From the IMG/VR virus record IMGVR_UViG_3300021364_000009, positions 1 to 64,000 of that record: a DNA stretch of 64,000 nt, one strand, 5' to 3'. The first letter of the stretch is position 1, and the number at the start of each line of letters is the position of its first letter. The notes beneath the pieces were generated by a model. It saw only the letters and a list, made by a program, of their open reading frames with translations, made no database searches and was not told the DNA's origin. Both the position numbers and the translations under genes were made by a program. Shown here piece after piece: positions 18,421 to 27,820 of the stretch. The DNA is from a virus.

Positions 18421-20736
18421 ATGCCTCCTAAAAATCCAATAAATAGAGCGAACATTTCAGCCAATGAGCTGAACCTTGAAATGAAAACACAGGGAGCAAG
18501 AGACCGAGACCCTGGAAGCAATTTTGGTTTAGCCGTCGCAAGAGTTACACATGTTTATTGGGAAGAAATGCGTGTTTCTATAGAAACCGTGTTTGGAGAC
18601 TCGGACAGGACACCATATCATGGTGTAGAAATAACTCAGTCTTCTATTGGAGCACGACATTTCTTAGGTGCGATGCCAGAAATAGGAGATTTCTGTGTTG
18701 TTGGTTGGTTCGGTGCAAACACAGGAGCTGAAGCAGGGAAAAAGTCTCCCGCCATTATTTCTTGGATGCCAAGAACTTCTTACTTTGGTTATGATTGGCT
18801 ACCTGTTCAAGATTATGGTCCTGATGAGGGTGTGCAAGGAACTCCGGCAGAGCGAGCAGAAATAGAAACTCATGCAAATCGTATTCGATTTAAAATGAGA
18901 CATTGGGAACCTGGTATGGTAGGCGGAAGCTCGTCTCAAGGTTCAGATTTAGTGTTGGATGAAAGTGTGTTGCTCTCAAACAGGAGAGCAAATGAAATAC
19001 GAATTCGTGACCAAGACCAAGCCATAGTTATGCGTTCTCTACAACAGTTCCACGCCATGTCTGGAGCTAGACTCTATGCAGGAATGGTGCAGAGAGACGC
19101 ACAGCTCCTCCCTAAAGAAATGGTCTATGAGGACACAAATTGGGACATTCAGAATGTCTTAGATGATAGTGGGCTTCCTGCTGAGAATACTGACACCGAT
19201 GAAAGCAAAGTGGGCTTTTTAAACCCACATAGTATCTTCATTCGAGGTACGGACGGGAAGACAGACATAGAAAGAGAGCGAGGTAAAAAACTTCCTGCCG
19301 AGATCGACCCTTATGTATTTCTTAACGATGCTGGTGTTATTTCTTCTGATGGTCAAGTGCTCTTTGATTACGATGCTGGCGTAGTCTACGGTGGGAAGAA
19401 TATTTTCAGAGTCAGAAGGTATATAGATGAATCAGAGTCGGTTGAGTCTTTGACGGAATATCGTGTTGAATTAAATCACACCGCTGATGGGACATTACCT
19501 GTAACAGAAGAGACTGAAGGCTTCGATGTAGACAAACAGGAGAATAAAGAGAAATACATAGAGAGTGTTTTAGGTACGGTGGTGGGAAATGATCCTTTTG
19601 GAGATGAGTCTCACTTATATGGGCTTCCTTTAACTGCTGTAGTAGATGAGGATGGAGGCTATTTAGAAGCTGAGTCTTCGGAAATAAGCGGTCAGAGTGC
19701 CACGTTATTCAGATTGTTCCCTGTAGATGAGCCAGAGCAATCTGCTACTTTCACGTCTTTCAAGAAAGATGGTTCCTTTGTAGCCAACATAGGTTCTCTT
19801 TCTTCTCAAGCTGTAAACATAAATGTTGAGGGTGGCTTAAAAGTACGCTCTCGAACTTCTTCAGAAATACAATCTTCAAAGATAAACATTGTCGGGGGTG
19901 TAGATGAAGGAGAGGGTGTAGAGATTTCTTCAGGTCGTGGTGTGGTGGTTATTAAGTCAGAAGGAAGCCAAGAAATAGGAGGTCAAGGTTTAGGTTCAGA
20001 CTTAAAGAAGACGAGTATTTCTCTACAGGCAACCAAAAGTATTTCTTTACAGTCTGCTACTGCTATTGTGATGGATGCTCCTACGGTGGATTTCTCTAAT
20101 GTGAAGAACTTCAACTTTGCCGCTCAAGACCAAATGGCGTTGAAGGGTGGCAGACAAGTAAAGATCGACACAGAGAATATGCTCATAAACTCATCAGGTC
20201 CAAAAAGCGAGCTTATTTCTGGTCCTTCTCAAGGAATCCCTATTAACGCTCAGGGTGAAAGTAAGACAATCGCTTGCTCTCCTGGTACGGGTTCAGTCGG
20301 GGGTGTAGTTAAGAATACGACTATTGTTGCAGGAGACGAGTTAAAGAGTCAGCTTGGTCCAGGAAATAACACTACGGTAATGAGTGCAGGAAATCACTCC
20401 ACATCTTTAGGTACGGGTTCTATTTCTCACACAGTTGGGACAAATAACACGACCCACAGTCCTCTTGGTGTAGTTCAGACTTTAACGACAGGTAACTCTG
20501 TTGTTAGTGTACCTACAGGAGCACATGTCGTGAACTCAAGCGTCTCGATAGGTATGCGTTCTGTGGGTGTGAACAACACATCGGGAGCTACAGTCGTTTT
20601 AGAAGCGACTGCATCTCCTTCAGTCGTAGGACCAATTATGTGTGGTTCAGACATTCATCCATTGATTGGTTTACCCTATGCGGCTCTTGGGATGTTGCCT
20701 AGAGCACATGTATTAGCTCCAAAGGTAGCCCCTTAA
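18421..20736 (+). CDS. Baseplate central spike protein (gp5/gpV-like)
   Basis: N-terminal OB-fold-like AMPEIGDFCVVGW; C-terminal Ser/Thr/Gly beta-repeats with terminal His residues. Confidence 0.7.
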   Translation: MPPKNPINRANISANELNLEMKTQGARDRDPGSNFGLAVARVTHVYWEEMRVSIETVFGDSDRTPYHGVEITQSSIGARHFLGAMPEIGDFCVVGWFGANTGAEAGKKSPAIISWMPRTSYFGYDWLPVQDYGPDEGVQGTPAERAEIETHANRIRFKMRHWEPGMVGGSSSQGSDLVLDESVLLSNRRANEIRIRDQDQAIVMRSLQQFHAMSGARLYAGMVQRDAQLLPKEMVYEDTNWDIQNVLDDSGLPAENTDTDESKVGFLNPHSIFIRGTDGKTDIERERGKKLPAEIDPYVFLNDAGVISSDGQVLFDYDAGVVYGGKNIFRVRRYIDESESVESLTEYRVELNHTADGTLPVTEETEGFDVDKQENKEKYIESVLGTVVGNDPFGDESHLYGLPLTAVVDEDGGYLEAESSEISGQSATLFRLFPVDEPEQSATFTSFKKDGSFVANIGSLSSQAVNINVEGGLKVRSRTSSEIQSSKINIVGGVDEGEGVEISSGRGVVVIKSEGSQEIGGQGLGSDLKKTSISLQATKSISLQSATAIVMDAPTVDFSNVKNFNFAAQDQMALKGGRQVKIDTENMLINSSGPKSELISGPSQGIPINAQGESKTIACSPGTGSVGGVVKNTTIVAGDELKSQLGPGNNTTVMSAGNHSTSLGTGSISHTVGTNNTTHSPLGVVQTLTTGNSVVSVPTGAHVVNSSVSIGMRSVGVNNTSGATVVLEATASPSVVGPIMCGSDIHPLIGLPYAALGMLPRAHVLAPKVAP

Positions 20737-20801
20737 AAGCTCTTGGCGTAGTAGTATATAAAACTAACTTCGAGAATACCTAACACGATAGCATATGTCA
20801 T
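20733..20801 (-). CDS. 22-aa hydrophobic peptide MTYAIVLGILEVSFIYYYAKSF (not in ORF track)
   Basis: AAGGAG 7 nt upstream of ATG; fills the gap after the 20815 gene. Confidence 0.45.
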   Translation of the reverse strand: MTYAIVLGILEVSFIYYYAKSF

Positions 20802-20814
20802 GATCAGACTCCTT

Positions 20815-21081
20815 TCATATCAAATCTTGGTACATCTCTCTTAATGTATCGACTATCTTTCCGAAATCATTAGTCTTAATTTCAAATGCAGGGACTTTTA
20901 TTTCATAGGAGCCTTTAAGCTCGCAGTAAATGACAACATCATCAGGGAATTGGTTTTCCCTGAGAGTCAGTTGGTATCTCATGTCTCTCAGAGTTTTGGA
21001 ATCAAACTCAAGTTTGATTCCAAAGTCCCTTGCTTTTAGTATTTTTTCCGAGATGGAGTTCGCTTTTTCTTTTGCGTTCAT
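20815..21081 (-). CDS. Hypothetical protein
   Basis: 88-aa ORF, AAGGA RBS. Confidence 0.6.
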   Translation of the reverse strand: MNAKEKANSISEKILKARDFGIKLEFDSKTLRDMRYQLTLRENQFPDDVVIYCELKGSYEIKVPAFEIKTNDFGKIVDTLREMYQDLI

Positions 21082-21130
21082 TCTAGTAGAAGTCCTTTTT
21101 ACGGGCTATACGCCGTAACATCGTTCTCTT

Positions 21131-21988
21131 TTATAGGTTATCTAGGAAGTCATCTATAGACTCTTCCACATTTTGTTCTTGTTGCTTTTTCCACTTAAGA
21201 AATAGCTCCCTATTTTCTTCGTACTCTTTAAAGGTAGCGTAGGAGTCTCTGTCCATAGCGTCTAAAGACCAATACCTTTTCGGATGCTCCTTCGTGGCTT
21301 TGGCTTCTTTGGGTGTGGAATAAAGGTTGTCAGGTGTGACACAAGTCCAATGCCCATCTTTTTTATTGAGAGGAGTCACATAAACAGAGACGTGTACCTC
21401 ATCAACTTCCATCTGCTTTACAGAGGAGTCTTGCCCTTTCACCCAAAAAATATCTCCTTTTTTGGGTACATATGTACCTTGTGGGAGGACATTTGCCTTG
21501 ATATTTCTAGGTTGAGTTACGGAGCTTTTGACAATTGAAGTTCCTGCAACATAGTCGCTTGGCAAAAAGCCTCTGCTATTTCTCTTTGTCTTTGTGTCTT
21601 CTTCTTCTTCCTTAGATACTTCAGACTTTTTGGTTTTCTTTGTGGTGGGACTGCTTTTTGATTTCTTCCAAGCAGAGTCAATGTCAAGAGCTTCCCCATC
21701 AAGAGCAGTGCTGAGAAGTTCAGTGTCGATGTTCAAGTCTAAAATCGCAGTTTGCTTCTCAGAGCCGACTACTAGAATAGTCTTTGAGGGTAGAGCGTTA
21801 CTGTCCCTGTAAAACAGCCCAAGTTTCTCACCATGCTCTAAGAGTAAGTTCCACCGAGAAGAACCCATCTTTTTGATATTGAGAGCTTCACAAGCATATT
21901 TCTTCCAATGGTCTACTTTTTTCCGTTTCCCTGTGTCATTCTTCAATGCCGTCAAAATTGCGTGGCAAGCCTTTGTTTGCTCGTCCAT
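21131..21988 (-). CDS. Hypothetical protein
   Basis: 285-aa ORF with RBS; acidic-hydrophobic C-terminus SIDDFLDNL. Confidence 0.7.
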   Translation of the reverse strand: MDEQTKACHAILTALKNDTGKRKKVDHWKKYACEALNIKKMGSSRWNLLLEHGEKLGLFYRDSNALPSKTILVVGSEKQTAILDLNIDTELLSTALDGEALDIDSAWKKSKSSPTTKKTKKSEVSKEEEEDTKTKRNSRGFLPSDYVAGTSIVKSSVTQPRNIKANVLPQGTYVPKKGDIFWVKGQDSSVKQMEVDEVHVSVYVTPLNKKDGHWTCVTPDNLYSTPKEAKATKEHPKRYWSLDAMDRDSYATFKEYEENRELFLKWKKQQEQNVEESIDDFLDNL

Positions 21989-22601
21989 AAAAAACTTTCT
22001 CCTTGTGTGAGTAATGTACTAAGTGATCCTCCTCCATGAACACACAATGTGCGTCTTTGAAGTTGGATACGTTCCCATAGGTTATTTCTGTGATCCTATG
22101 TTCAACACCTGCGACTTTGTAGACAATAACTTCTCCTATAACATGAGCTTGCGTTTCAGAAAAGAAACCACTCATAAAAGGGTTTGTAAGTATGCGAACG
22201 TAAGTTCCATCACTTTTCACACCGTATTTCCCACGGTTTAAGAGTGGACACCATCCGTTTGTCTTGACGAGGTGCTCTATATTGTTTTCAGAGGAGTCTT
22301 GATCCAGACTTTGAGGGAGATTTTGTTCTGCACTCTGCCAGAGTAGAGGAGGAGAGATCGGATTTGCCCCTTGTTTTGTGTAGTAATGGATTTGCTTACG
22401 GGCTAGTTCAAGTTCAGAAATACTCCTAGTCCTCCCACAGTGGTCAGAGGTGTTGTATTTCCTCTCATAGTAGGTGTACGAGTTATTTCCATTAAAAATA
22501 AGGTGGTAGAAGCTCTTTTTGCTCTCTAACAGGACGCACAGTGGCTTCTTGTACTCTAGGTTTCTTATTATTCTTATATCTTTCGGGTGAATGTAGAGCA
22601 T
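21936..22601 (-). CDS. Hypothetical protein
   Basis: 221-aa ORF with strong GGAGGTG RBS. Confidence 0.65.
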   Translation of the reverse strand: MLYIHPKDIRIIRNLEYKKPLCVLLESKKSFYHLIFNGNNSYTYYERKYNTSDHCGRTRSISELELARKQIHYYTKQGANPISPPLLWQSAEQNLPQSLDQDSSENNIEHLVKTNGWCPLLNRGKYGVKSDGTYVRILTNPFMSGFFSETQAHVIGEVIVYKVAGVEHRITEITYGNVSNFKDAHCVFMEEDHLVHYSHKEKVFYGRANKGLPRNFDGIEE

Positions 22602-22648
22602 TTTTCACCTCCTTTGTGATTTAGATATATCGTTTAAAGGTTTTTATT

Positions 22649-23860
22649 ATGATAAAAATAGCGAAAGCAGATGTGGACCCTATTCGGCAGCGATCTCAAT
22701 TTACCTGTGTGACAACTTCCACTTGCATGGCTCTCAATGCCCTTGGAGTAGTTTGTTCAGAAGATGACGTAAATAAAGTAATAGGTGCGAAGCCCATGCA
22801 AGGGGCGAGATGGGAAGAGGTTTTAGCTTGTGCTCAGTATTTTGGTGTACGAGCTACATTGACTATGCCTGCAACTCTTACACAAGTTAAACAGTGGACA
22901 GACGCAGGGAAGCCAGTGTTGATTGCATGGAACCCCGAAGGTAGAGATTGGAGCCATGCTAGTCTTATCTTTGATGTCACAGGGGAAAAAGGCAGTTACG
23001 AAGTGCATGTGGCAGACCCCAATATTCCAAACCCCGATAAGACGGTAAGGATTGTTGGCGAAGATGACTTCTATTCTAAGTGGTTTGAGAAGTGGCCTAA
23101 CTATTTAGTGAGAAGACCTGCTCTAATGTTAGAAAGAGAAATAACTTCAGACGGTAGGCAAGTCATGGCTAGTTCTAACGAGCATGTCGCTTCTAAATAC
23201 ATTAAGGACTTGCATGGTCATGAGTTTGGACCTCGCAGAGGTTTAGAAGGTCCTTTCCGTTTTAAGAATGGGCAAGTGCTTTATTATGACCGCAGTGAAA
23301 AAGGGGGTACTTACTATAACCCTCTTACAGACATGTATCTCACGCATGATGAAGCGTATCAAATCACAAGTGGTTATTCTAAGTCTGCTAACGCAGAGAC
23401 ACCAAACTTCTTCTCTGTTGTTAAAGAAATAACTTCTACTGTAAGGCATCTTGGCTATCTTATGACCTTTGACAGAGGGTCTTCAAAGATATGCACGAAA
23501 GAGCCGTACTTAGTGTTTAAAATCTCAGTTCCCGGCATTGGGCATTATTCTTTAGACTTTGAAAGAAATAATGCTTCCCTTTACGAGGGAGAAGAACTTT
23601 TGCAGTCTTTTAATGATGTTAAAGACTTTCCTGAGCTTCTAAGATTTCTTCCCAAACAGCTTTCGGACATGAGTTTGAAACCAAAAGTTAAAGAAATAAC
23701 CGTGGTAGATGAGCATACTGTAGAAGAAATAACAGAGCTTCTGAACTCAGACTTACCTAAAAGAGAGAAAGCTCTAGGTATCAAAGACCTGATCCCTGAG
23801 ACTAAAGATAGATTGAGCAAGACGGATCGTGCCTTAAGAGAAATGAACAAGTTTAATTAG
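22649..23860 (+). CDS. C39-like cysteine peptidase fused to further small domains
   Basis: RQRSQFTC (Gln, Cys), WSHASL (His), VADP (Asp); then HVASKYI tag and a GLEGPF..LYYD..YYNP domain. Confidence 0.7.
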   Translation: MIKIAKADVDPIRQRSQFTCVTTSTCMALNALGVVCSEDDVNKVIGAKPMQGARWEEVLACAQYFGVRATLTMPATLTQVKQWTDAGKPVLIAWNPEGRDWSHASLIFDVTGEKGSYEVHVADPNIPNPDKTVRIVGEDDFYSKWFEKWPNYLVRRPALMLEREITSDGRQVMASSNEHVASKYIKDLHGHEFGPRRGLEGPFRFKNGQVLYYDRSEKGGTYYNPLTDMYLTHDEAYQITSGYSKSANAETPNFFSVVKEITSTVRHLGYLMTFDRGSSKICTKEPYLVFKISVPGIGHYSLDFERNNASLYEGEELLQSFNDVKDFPELLRFLPKQLSDMSLKPKVKEITVVDEHTVEEITELLNSDLPKREKALGIKDLIPETKDRLSKTDRALREMNKFN

Positions 23861-24177
23861 TACTTAATTATACCAAAGTATTTCTTCCCCACTATTTCTA
23901 GTGGGGAAGCCTCTGTTCTTTTGATCGTCCACACAACGTGGTACTCTCCCATCCCCATAGCGGTGGAGATGACTTCGTTTACATAGTAATAACCTTCAGA
24001 AAATCGAGTAGGGTTTCTGTCGGGCAGTCCAACTCTCCAAACGCCTCTAGTATTTGACTCTCCAAAGATAGAGTAAGAAATATAATAGGGGTCGAAGGGG
24101 TTTCCTTGTTCGTCTTTGAATGTGACGAAAAGGTCATTCTCATTAAGTTGTTGCAACTGTTGGAATGCTACAGCCAT
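23857..24177 (-). CDS. Hypothetical beta-rich (Ig-like) virion protein
   Basis: FVTFKDEQGNPFDP, GEYHVVWTI. Confidence 0.55.
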   Translation of the reverse strand: MAVAFQQLQQLNENDLFVTFKDEQGNPFDPYYISYSIFGESNTRGVWRVGLPDRNPTRFSEGYYYVNEVISTAMGMGEYHVVWTIKRTEASPLEIVGKKYFGIIKY

Positions 24178-24189
24178 AAGCTCTCTCCT

Positions 24190-24540
24190 TTAAAAAGAAG
24201 TATAGAAGCGTTGTGTGGAGATTGCACCGTTAACTACAACTACTTGGTTGGACGTGATTGTGCTCTGATCTTCAGTGTATGTCGCAGAGAACTCACAGAA
24301 GATAATCTCACCTTCAAACCCCTCGGGTATTTCTGTTCTTGTTATAAACCTGTGCGGTTGGTCAGTGGCTACCATAGGGGTGTTTGCTTCTATGATTAGT
24401 GTTTTTACTCCACCGACATAGTAGAAGATGTTTACGACTACATCTTCTACTGAAAGAGGTCTGCCATAGGGGTCTACCCATGCAACTTGAAACGGGTGTG
24501 AGTCTCCGACTCTTGCTGTAGTTGTGTAAGTCATCGTCAT
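24190..24540 (-). CDS. Hypothetical beta-rich (Ig-like) virion protein
   Basis: QVAWVDPYGRP resembles the neighbouring gene; AAGGAG RBS. Confidence 0.55.
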   Translation of the reverse strand: MTMTYTTTARVGDSHPFQVAWVDPYGRPLSVEDVVVNIFYYVGGVKTLIIEANTPMVATDQPHRFITRTEIPEGFEGEIIFCEFSATYTEDQSTITSNQVVVVNGAISTQRFYTSF

Positions 24541-24569
24541 GTCTCCTTTTTTCCATAGAAATAAGTAAG

Positions 24570-24596
24570 ATAAACAGACTATTATACTTTCTTTAT
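24570..24596. promoter_or_regulatory. Back-to-back pair of putative late promoter elements
   Basis: ATAGTCTGTTTAT on - (24570-24582) and ATACTTTCTTTAT on + (24584-24596) between divergent genes. Confidence 0.45.
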
Positions 24597-24653
24597 TGTG
24601 TAGCTTGGTTAGCTGTTGTTTTATTCTGTGGAAAGATACAGAGGAGTGCGAAC

Positions 24654-25691
24654 ATGGATATTTTCGACAAAATCGCTAATGATTATTTAACAAAGAAATC
24701 TGCTCTAACTCAACCTCTCAGACTTAGGAGAGACTATGGTGAGGAAGAGCTTTTGAAGGAAGCTCGAATGACCAAAGAGAAGTTTGCCGAGCGTCTTGAG
24801 AATGATCCTGAGTTTGCAGAGAAGTGGGAAGCGAACAAGTTTAAAAAGAAAGAAGCGGGTGAGAGTGACATTGATCGTATCGCTTCAGAGTTTATTTCTG
24901 AGAGAGAAGCTTATGCTAAAGGTCCAAAAGGCTCTAAGGACTTCAAGAAATATCACAGCAAGCACAAAGAGTTTGCTGAGATTTGGGACGGACAGATAGA
25001 AGCTAATAAAGACAAGATCAAACCTAAGAAGAAAAAGACCGAGAGCAAGCCTAAGTCGAAGTCTGTCGATATTTCTGCTCTTGGTATGTTAGGTAAGAAA
25101 GCAGACGAGAGTGATATTGATCGTATTGCTTCAGAGTTTATTTCTGAGAGAGTAGCTTATGCTAAAGGTGAAGAAGGTCGTAAGCAACTAGAAGAGAAAA
25201 AGAAGAACGATCCTGAGTTCGCTGAGAAATGGGACGAGAATATTGTTCACTCTAAAGAGGAGATGGATGAGAAGATGGGTAAGAACGCTTCTGACATCTT
25301 TGATCGTATTGCTTCAGAGTTTATTTCTGAGCGTGTAGCTTACGCTAAAGGCGAAGAAGGTCGTAAGCAACTAGAAGAAAAGAAGAAGAACGATCCTGAG
25401 TTCGCTAAGAAATGGGATGAGAACATTGTTCACTCTAAAGAAGAGATGGACGAGAAGATGGGTAGAAGTGCAGGTCATCATGAGCACCACAGAGGTTCTT
25501 ATATGAGCGTACAGCATCTTAATGAGATGCAAGACCTTATTGCAGGTATTTCTGAGATGATACATCGTGGAGAGGAGCTTCCAGATTGGGTTGAGTCTAA
25601 GATCGCCCACACTCATCAGACTCTTTTAGACCTTGTAGGCTATTTCCAATACGGAGAAGGCTACCACACACATGAAGAAGACCTTTACTAA
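24654..25691 (+). CDS. Charged, internally repeated putative internal virion protein
   Basis: GAGGAG RBS before ATG 24654; DKIANDYL plus three DRIASEFI tags; C-terminal LPDWVESKI motif. Confidence 0.7.
   Translation: MDIFDKIANDYLTKKSALTQPLRLRRDYGEEELLKEARMTKEKFAERLENDPEFAEKWEANKFKKKEAGESDIDRIASEFISEREAYAKGPKGSKDFKKYHSKHKEFAEIWDGQIEANKDKIKPKKKKTESKPKSKSVDISALGMLGKKADESDIDRIASEFISERVAYAKGEEGRKQLEEKKKNDPEFAEKWDENIVHSKEEMDEKMGKNASDIFDRIASEFISERVAYAKGEEGRKQLEEKKKNDPEFAKKWDENIVHSKEEMDEKMGRSAGHHEHHRGSYMSVQHLNEMQDLIAGISEMIHRGEELPDWVESKIAHTHQTLLDLVGYFQYGEGYHTHEEDLY
25118..25464 (+). repeat. Internal duplication, 183-bp (61-aa) period
   Basis: Near-identical blocks starting TGATCGTATTGCTTCAGAG at 25118 and 25301; partial third copy near 24872. 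Confidence 0.9.
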
Positions 25692-25700
25692 GAGTTTGTC

Positions 25701-27449
25701 GTGGATAGGAGACTAAAGCCATCTGAAGAAATAGACAGCTATATTTCTTTCTTAGGGGGAGATGTTGATCTTCTTTTGGAACAATCTCCTAATGGTTTAC
25801 ATGATCCTATAAATGCCCTTTTTGGTAGAGTGGCTTCTTGGCTTAAGAAAGATTTGAGAGCAACAACTCTTAAACTCTATGGCTATAAGTCAGAAGCTTT
25901 TCTTAATTTTTGGCGTGGTGATGTGACTTTAGATCAGATTTTGGACTTTATCAAACAAAGCCCTGCTGACATAAGCTCAGTTGAAAAACTGATCGAGGGT
26001 CTGCGACATTTAGAATCTGTTGCTAAAAATTCAGAAGCTCACTATATCGACCAAGAAACAATAGACCGGCAACGATTTAAATATAAAGGCTTCAAAATAG
26101 AAGCTTTCAACATTAGCAAAGAAACTACATCAGCGATGTTAAAAGCCATCGACTGCTTGGTAGACATATTTAAAAAGCGTGGGGTTATACCTGTAATGCA
26201 CAAAGCGATTGATAGAGTGTATTTGCAACATAACCCTTCTAATGAAGAAGGTGCAGGTTGGGGTAAGAATCACGCTTATTATGTAAACAAGAAAGTGTTT
26301 CTTTACGACACGATTTTAGACGTAGATCGAGAAATGCCTGAAGTAGATACTATCTGCTATGTCCTTATACACGAAATAGGACATTGGCTTCATTTTGACT
26401 ATCTTCCAAGAGAGGCACATGTATTGTGGAACTCTTCTTGGGATGGTGTGATGAGAGGTCGGAGAGAGCTTCCTTTTGAAGAAGCTCAGAATAACGACAC
26501 TCTGTCTAAGTTAAATATTCCTACTTCTTACGGCAAGAGAAATCCAAATGAAGACTTTGCAGAGACATTTGCAAGGTTTATGGTCAATCCGAACAGTATC
26601 TCTACAGAAGCAAAAGAAAGACTAAAAGCAACCCTGTCGCTTAGTGCAGGTTTTGGGAGAAGATTTATGAGACTTGGTAGTATTATTGGACAACTTGAAG
26701 AACGTGTAGCTCTCTTAGAAAAAAGAGTTTCTATGTCTCGCACTGCTTCGATTCAGAAAATCGCAGGCAAGGCTTATTTGTTCGATGAAGGTTTGACTAA
26801 AAGAAAAGTAGAGCTTGGAGAAGGTGCGATGCTCTACAAGATTGATAAAGCTAAGAATCAGTCTAAATATTATGAGATGCTCATTACACCAATTCGAGAT
26901 AAGCATGGTCTTCCTAAGTTTGAACTAAAGAAACAACATGGTAGATTAGGTCCTAGTGGGCGTCAGATTGTGAAAGTGTTTGATACTCTTAGAGAGGCGA
27001 AGCAAGCACTTGCAGTGACTCTTGCGAGCAAAACAAGCAGAGGCTATATTTCTACCTATGATCGTGCAAAGCATAAGACAGTAGGTGGGCAACTGAAACA
27101 AGGTCAGTATCCCATAGGTCTTGCGTCAAGTGGAGGCTCTTGGAAGAATGAAGGTGTCAATTCGCAAACAAGAAAACTTAGAAATCTTGTAGGCAAAATT
27201 AACGACTCTCTTGAGCTTTTGGAAGAGGGTACGATGCCTAAAACGGTTCTGAGACACCTTGAAAGAATTAACGCTAGTATTTCAGACTTTGACAGCTCTC
27301 TTACAGGGGAAATAAGAAAGAGACTTCGACCCCCGATGGAGAGACTGAGAGGCACAAACAAGAGATTTATTCAGTGTCCTAAAAAGACTGTTTCTGAATT
27401 AAAAACCTTGAGAAACTACTTGAGAACTCAACTTAGCGTGGTCAGTTAA
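25701..27449 (+). CDS. Zinc metallopeptidase-like domain fused to a WGR-like domain
   Basis: HEIGHWLH plus SYGKRNPNEDFAETF; later DKAKNQSKYYEM..HGRLG..KTSRGY. Confidence 0.7.
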   Translation: MDRRLKPSEEIDSYISFLGGDVDLLLEQSPNGLHDPINALFGRVASWLKKDLRATTLKLYGYKSEAFLNFWRGDVTLDQILDFIKQSPADISSVEKLIEGLRHLESVAKNSEAHYIDQETIDRQRFKYKGFKIEAFNISKETTSAMLKAIDCLVDIFKKRGVIPVMHKAIDRVYLQHNPSNEEGAGWGKNHAYYVNKKVFLYDTILDVDREMPEVDTICYVLIHEIGHWLHFDYLPREAHVLWNSSWDGVMRGRRELPFEEAQNNDTLSKLNIPTSYGKRNPNEDFAETFARFMVNPNSISTEAKERLKATLSLSAGFGRRFMRLGSIIGQLEERVALLEKRVSMSRTASIQKIAGKAYLFDEGLTKRKVELGEGAMLYKIDKAKNQSKYYEMLITPIRDKHGLPKFELKKQHGRLGPSGRQIVKVFDTLREAKQALAVTLASKTSRGYISTYDRAKHKTVGGQLKQGQYPIGLASSGGSWKNEGVNSQTRKLRNLVGKINDSLELLEEGTMPKTVLRHLERINASISDFDSSLTGEIRKRLRPPMERLRGTNKRFIQCPKKTVSELKTLRNYLRTQLSVVS

Positions 27450-27816
27450 GGTTTATTATTTCTTTGAATGGTCTGTCAGCGTAAGATAAATGGTTTGAGA
27501 TAAGAATCTTTTTTAAAACTCTACCCTTCCATTTATATCTGACAGTTCTTACAGGCTTCTTTTCTTGGAAGCCTTTTTCATAGTTATAGATGAGTACATC
27601 TGACAAGAGCTTATTTTCGCTGTACTTACAAACTACTTTTTTAGAAATAGGGATGCCGTATTCAGGTCTAACTAGGACTATTTCTTTATAGGGGTATTGG
27701 CAGTTTTCAGAGTGTGGGATATTTGTGGGGTAGCTCTTTTTTTGATGTATTGATCTCTGCATCATAATCAAGTTGAACAGAATAGCTAAAAGAAATATCG
27801 CTTGTGTTTTCATCAT
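27442..27816 (-). CDS. Hypothetical membrane-anchored or secreted protein
   Basis: N-terminal hydrophobic segment. Confidence 0.55.
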   Translation of the reverse strand: MMKTQAIFLLAILFNLIMMQRSIHQKKSYPTNIPHSENCQYPYKEIVLVRPEYGIPISKKVVCKYSENKLLSDVLIYNYEKGFQEKKPVRTVRYKWKGRVLKKILISNHLSYADRPFKEIINLN

Positions 27817-27820
27817 GTCT

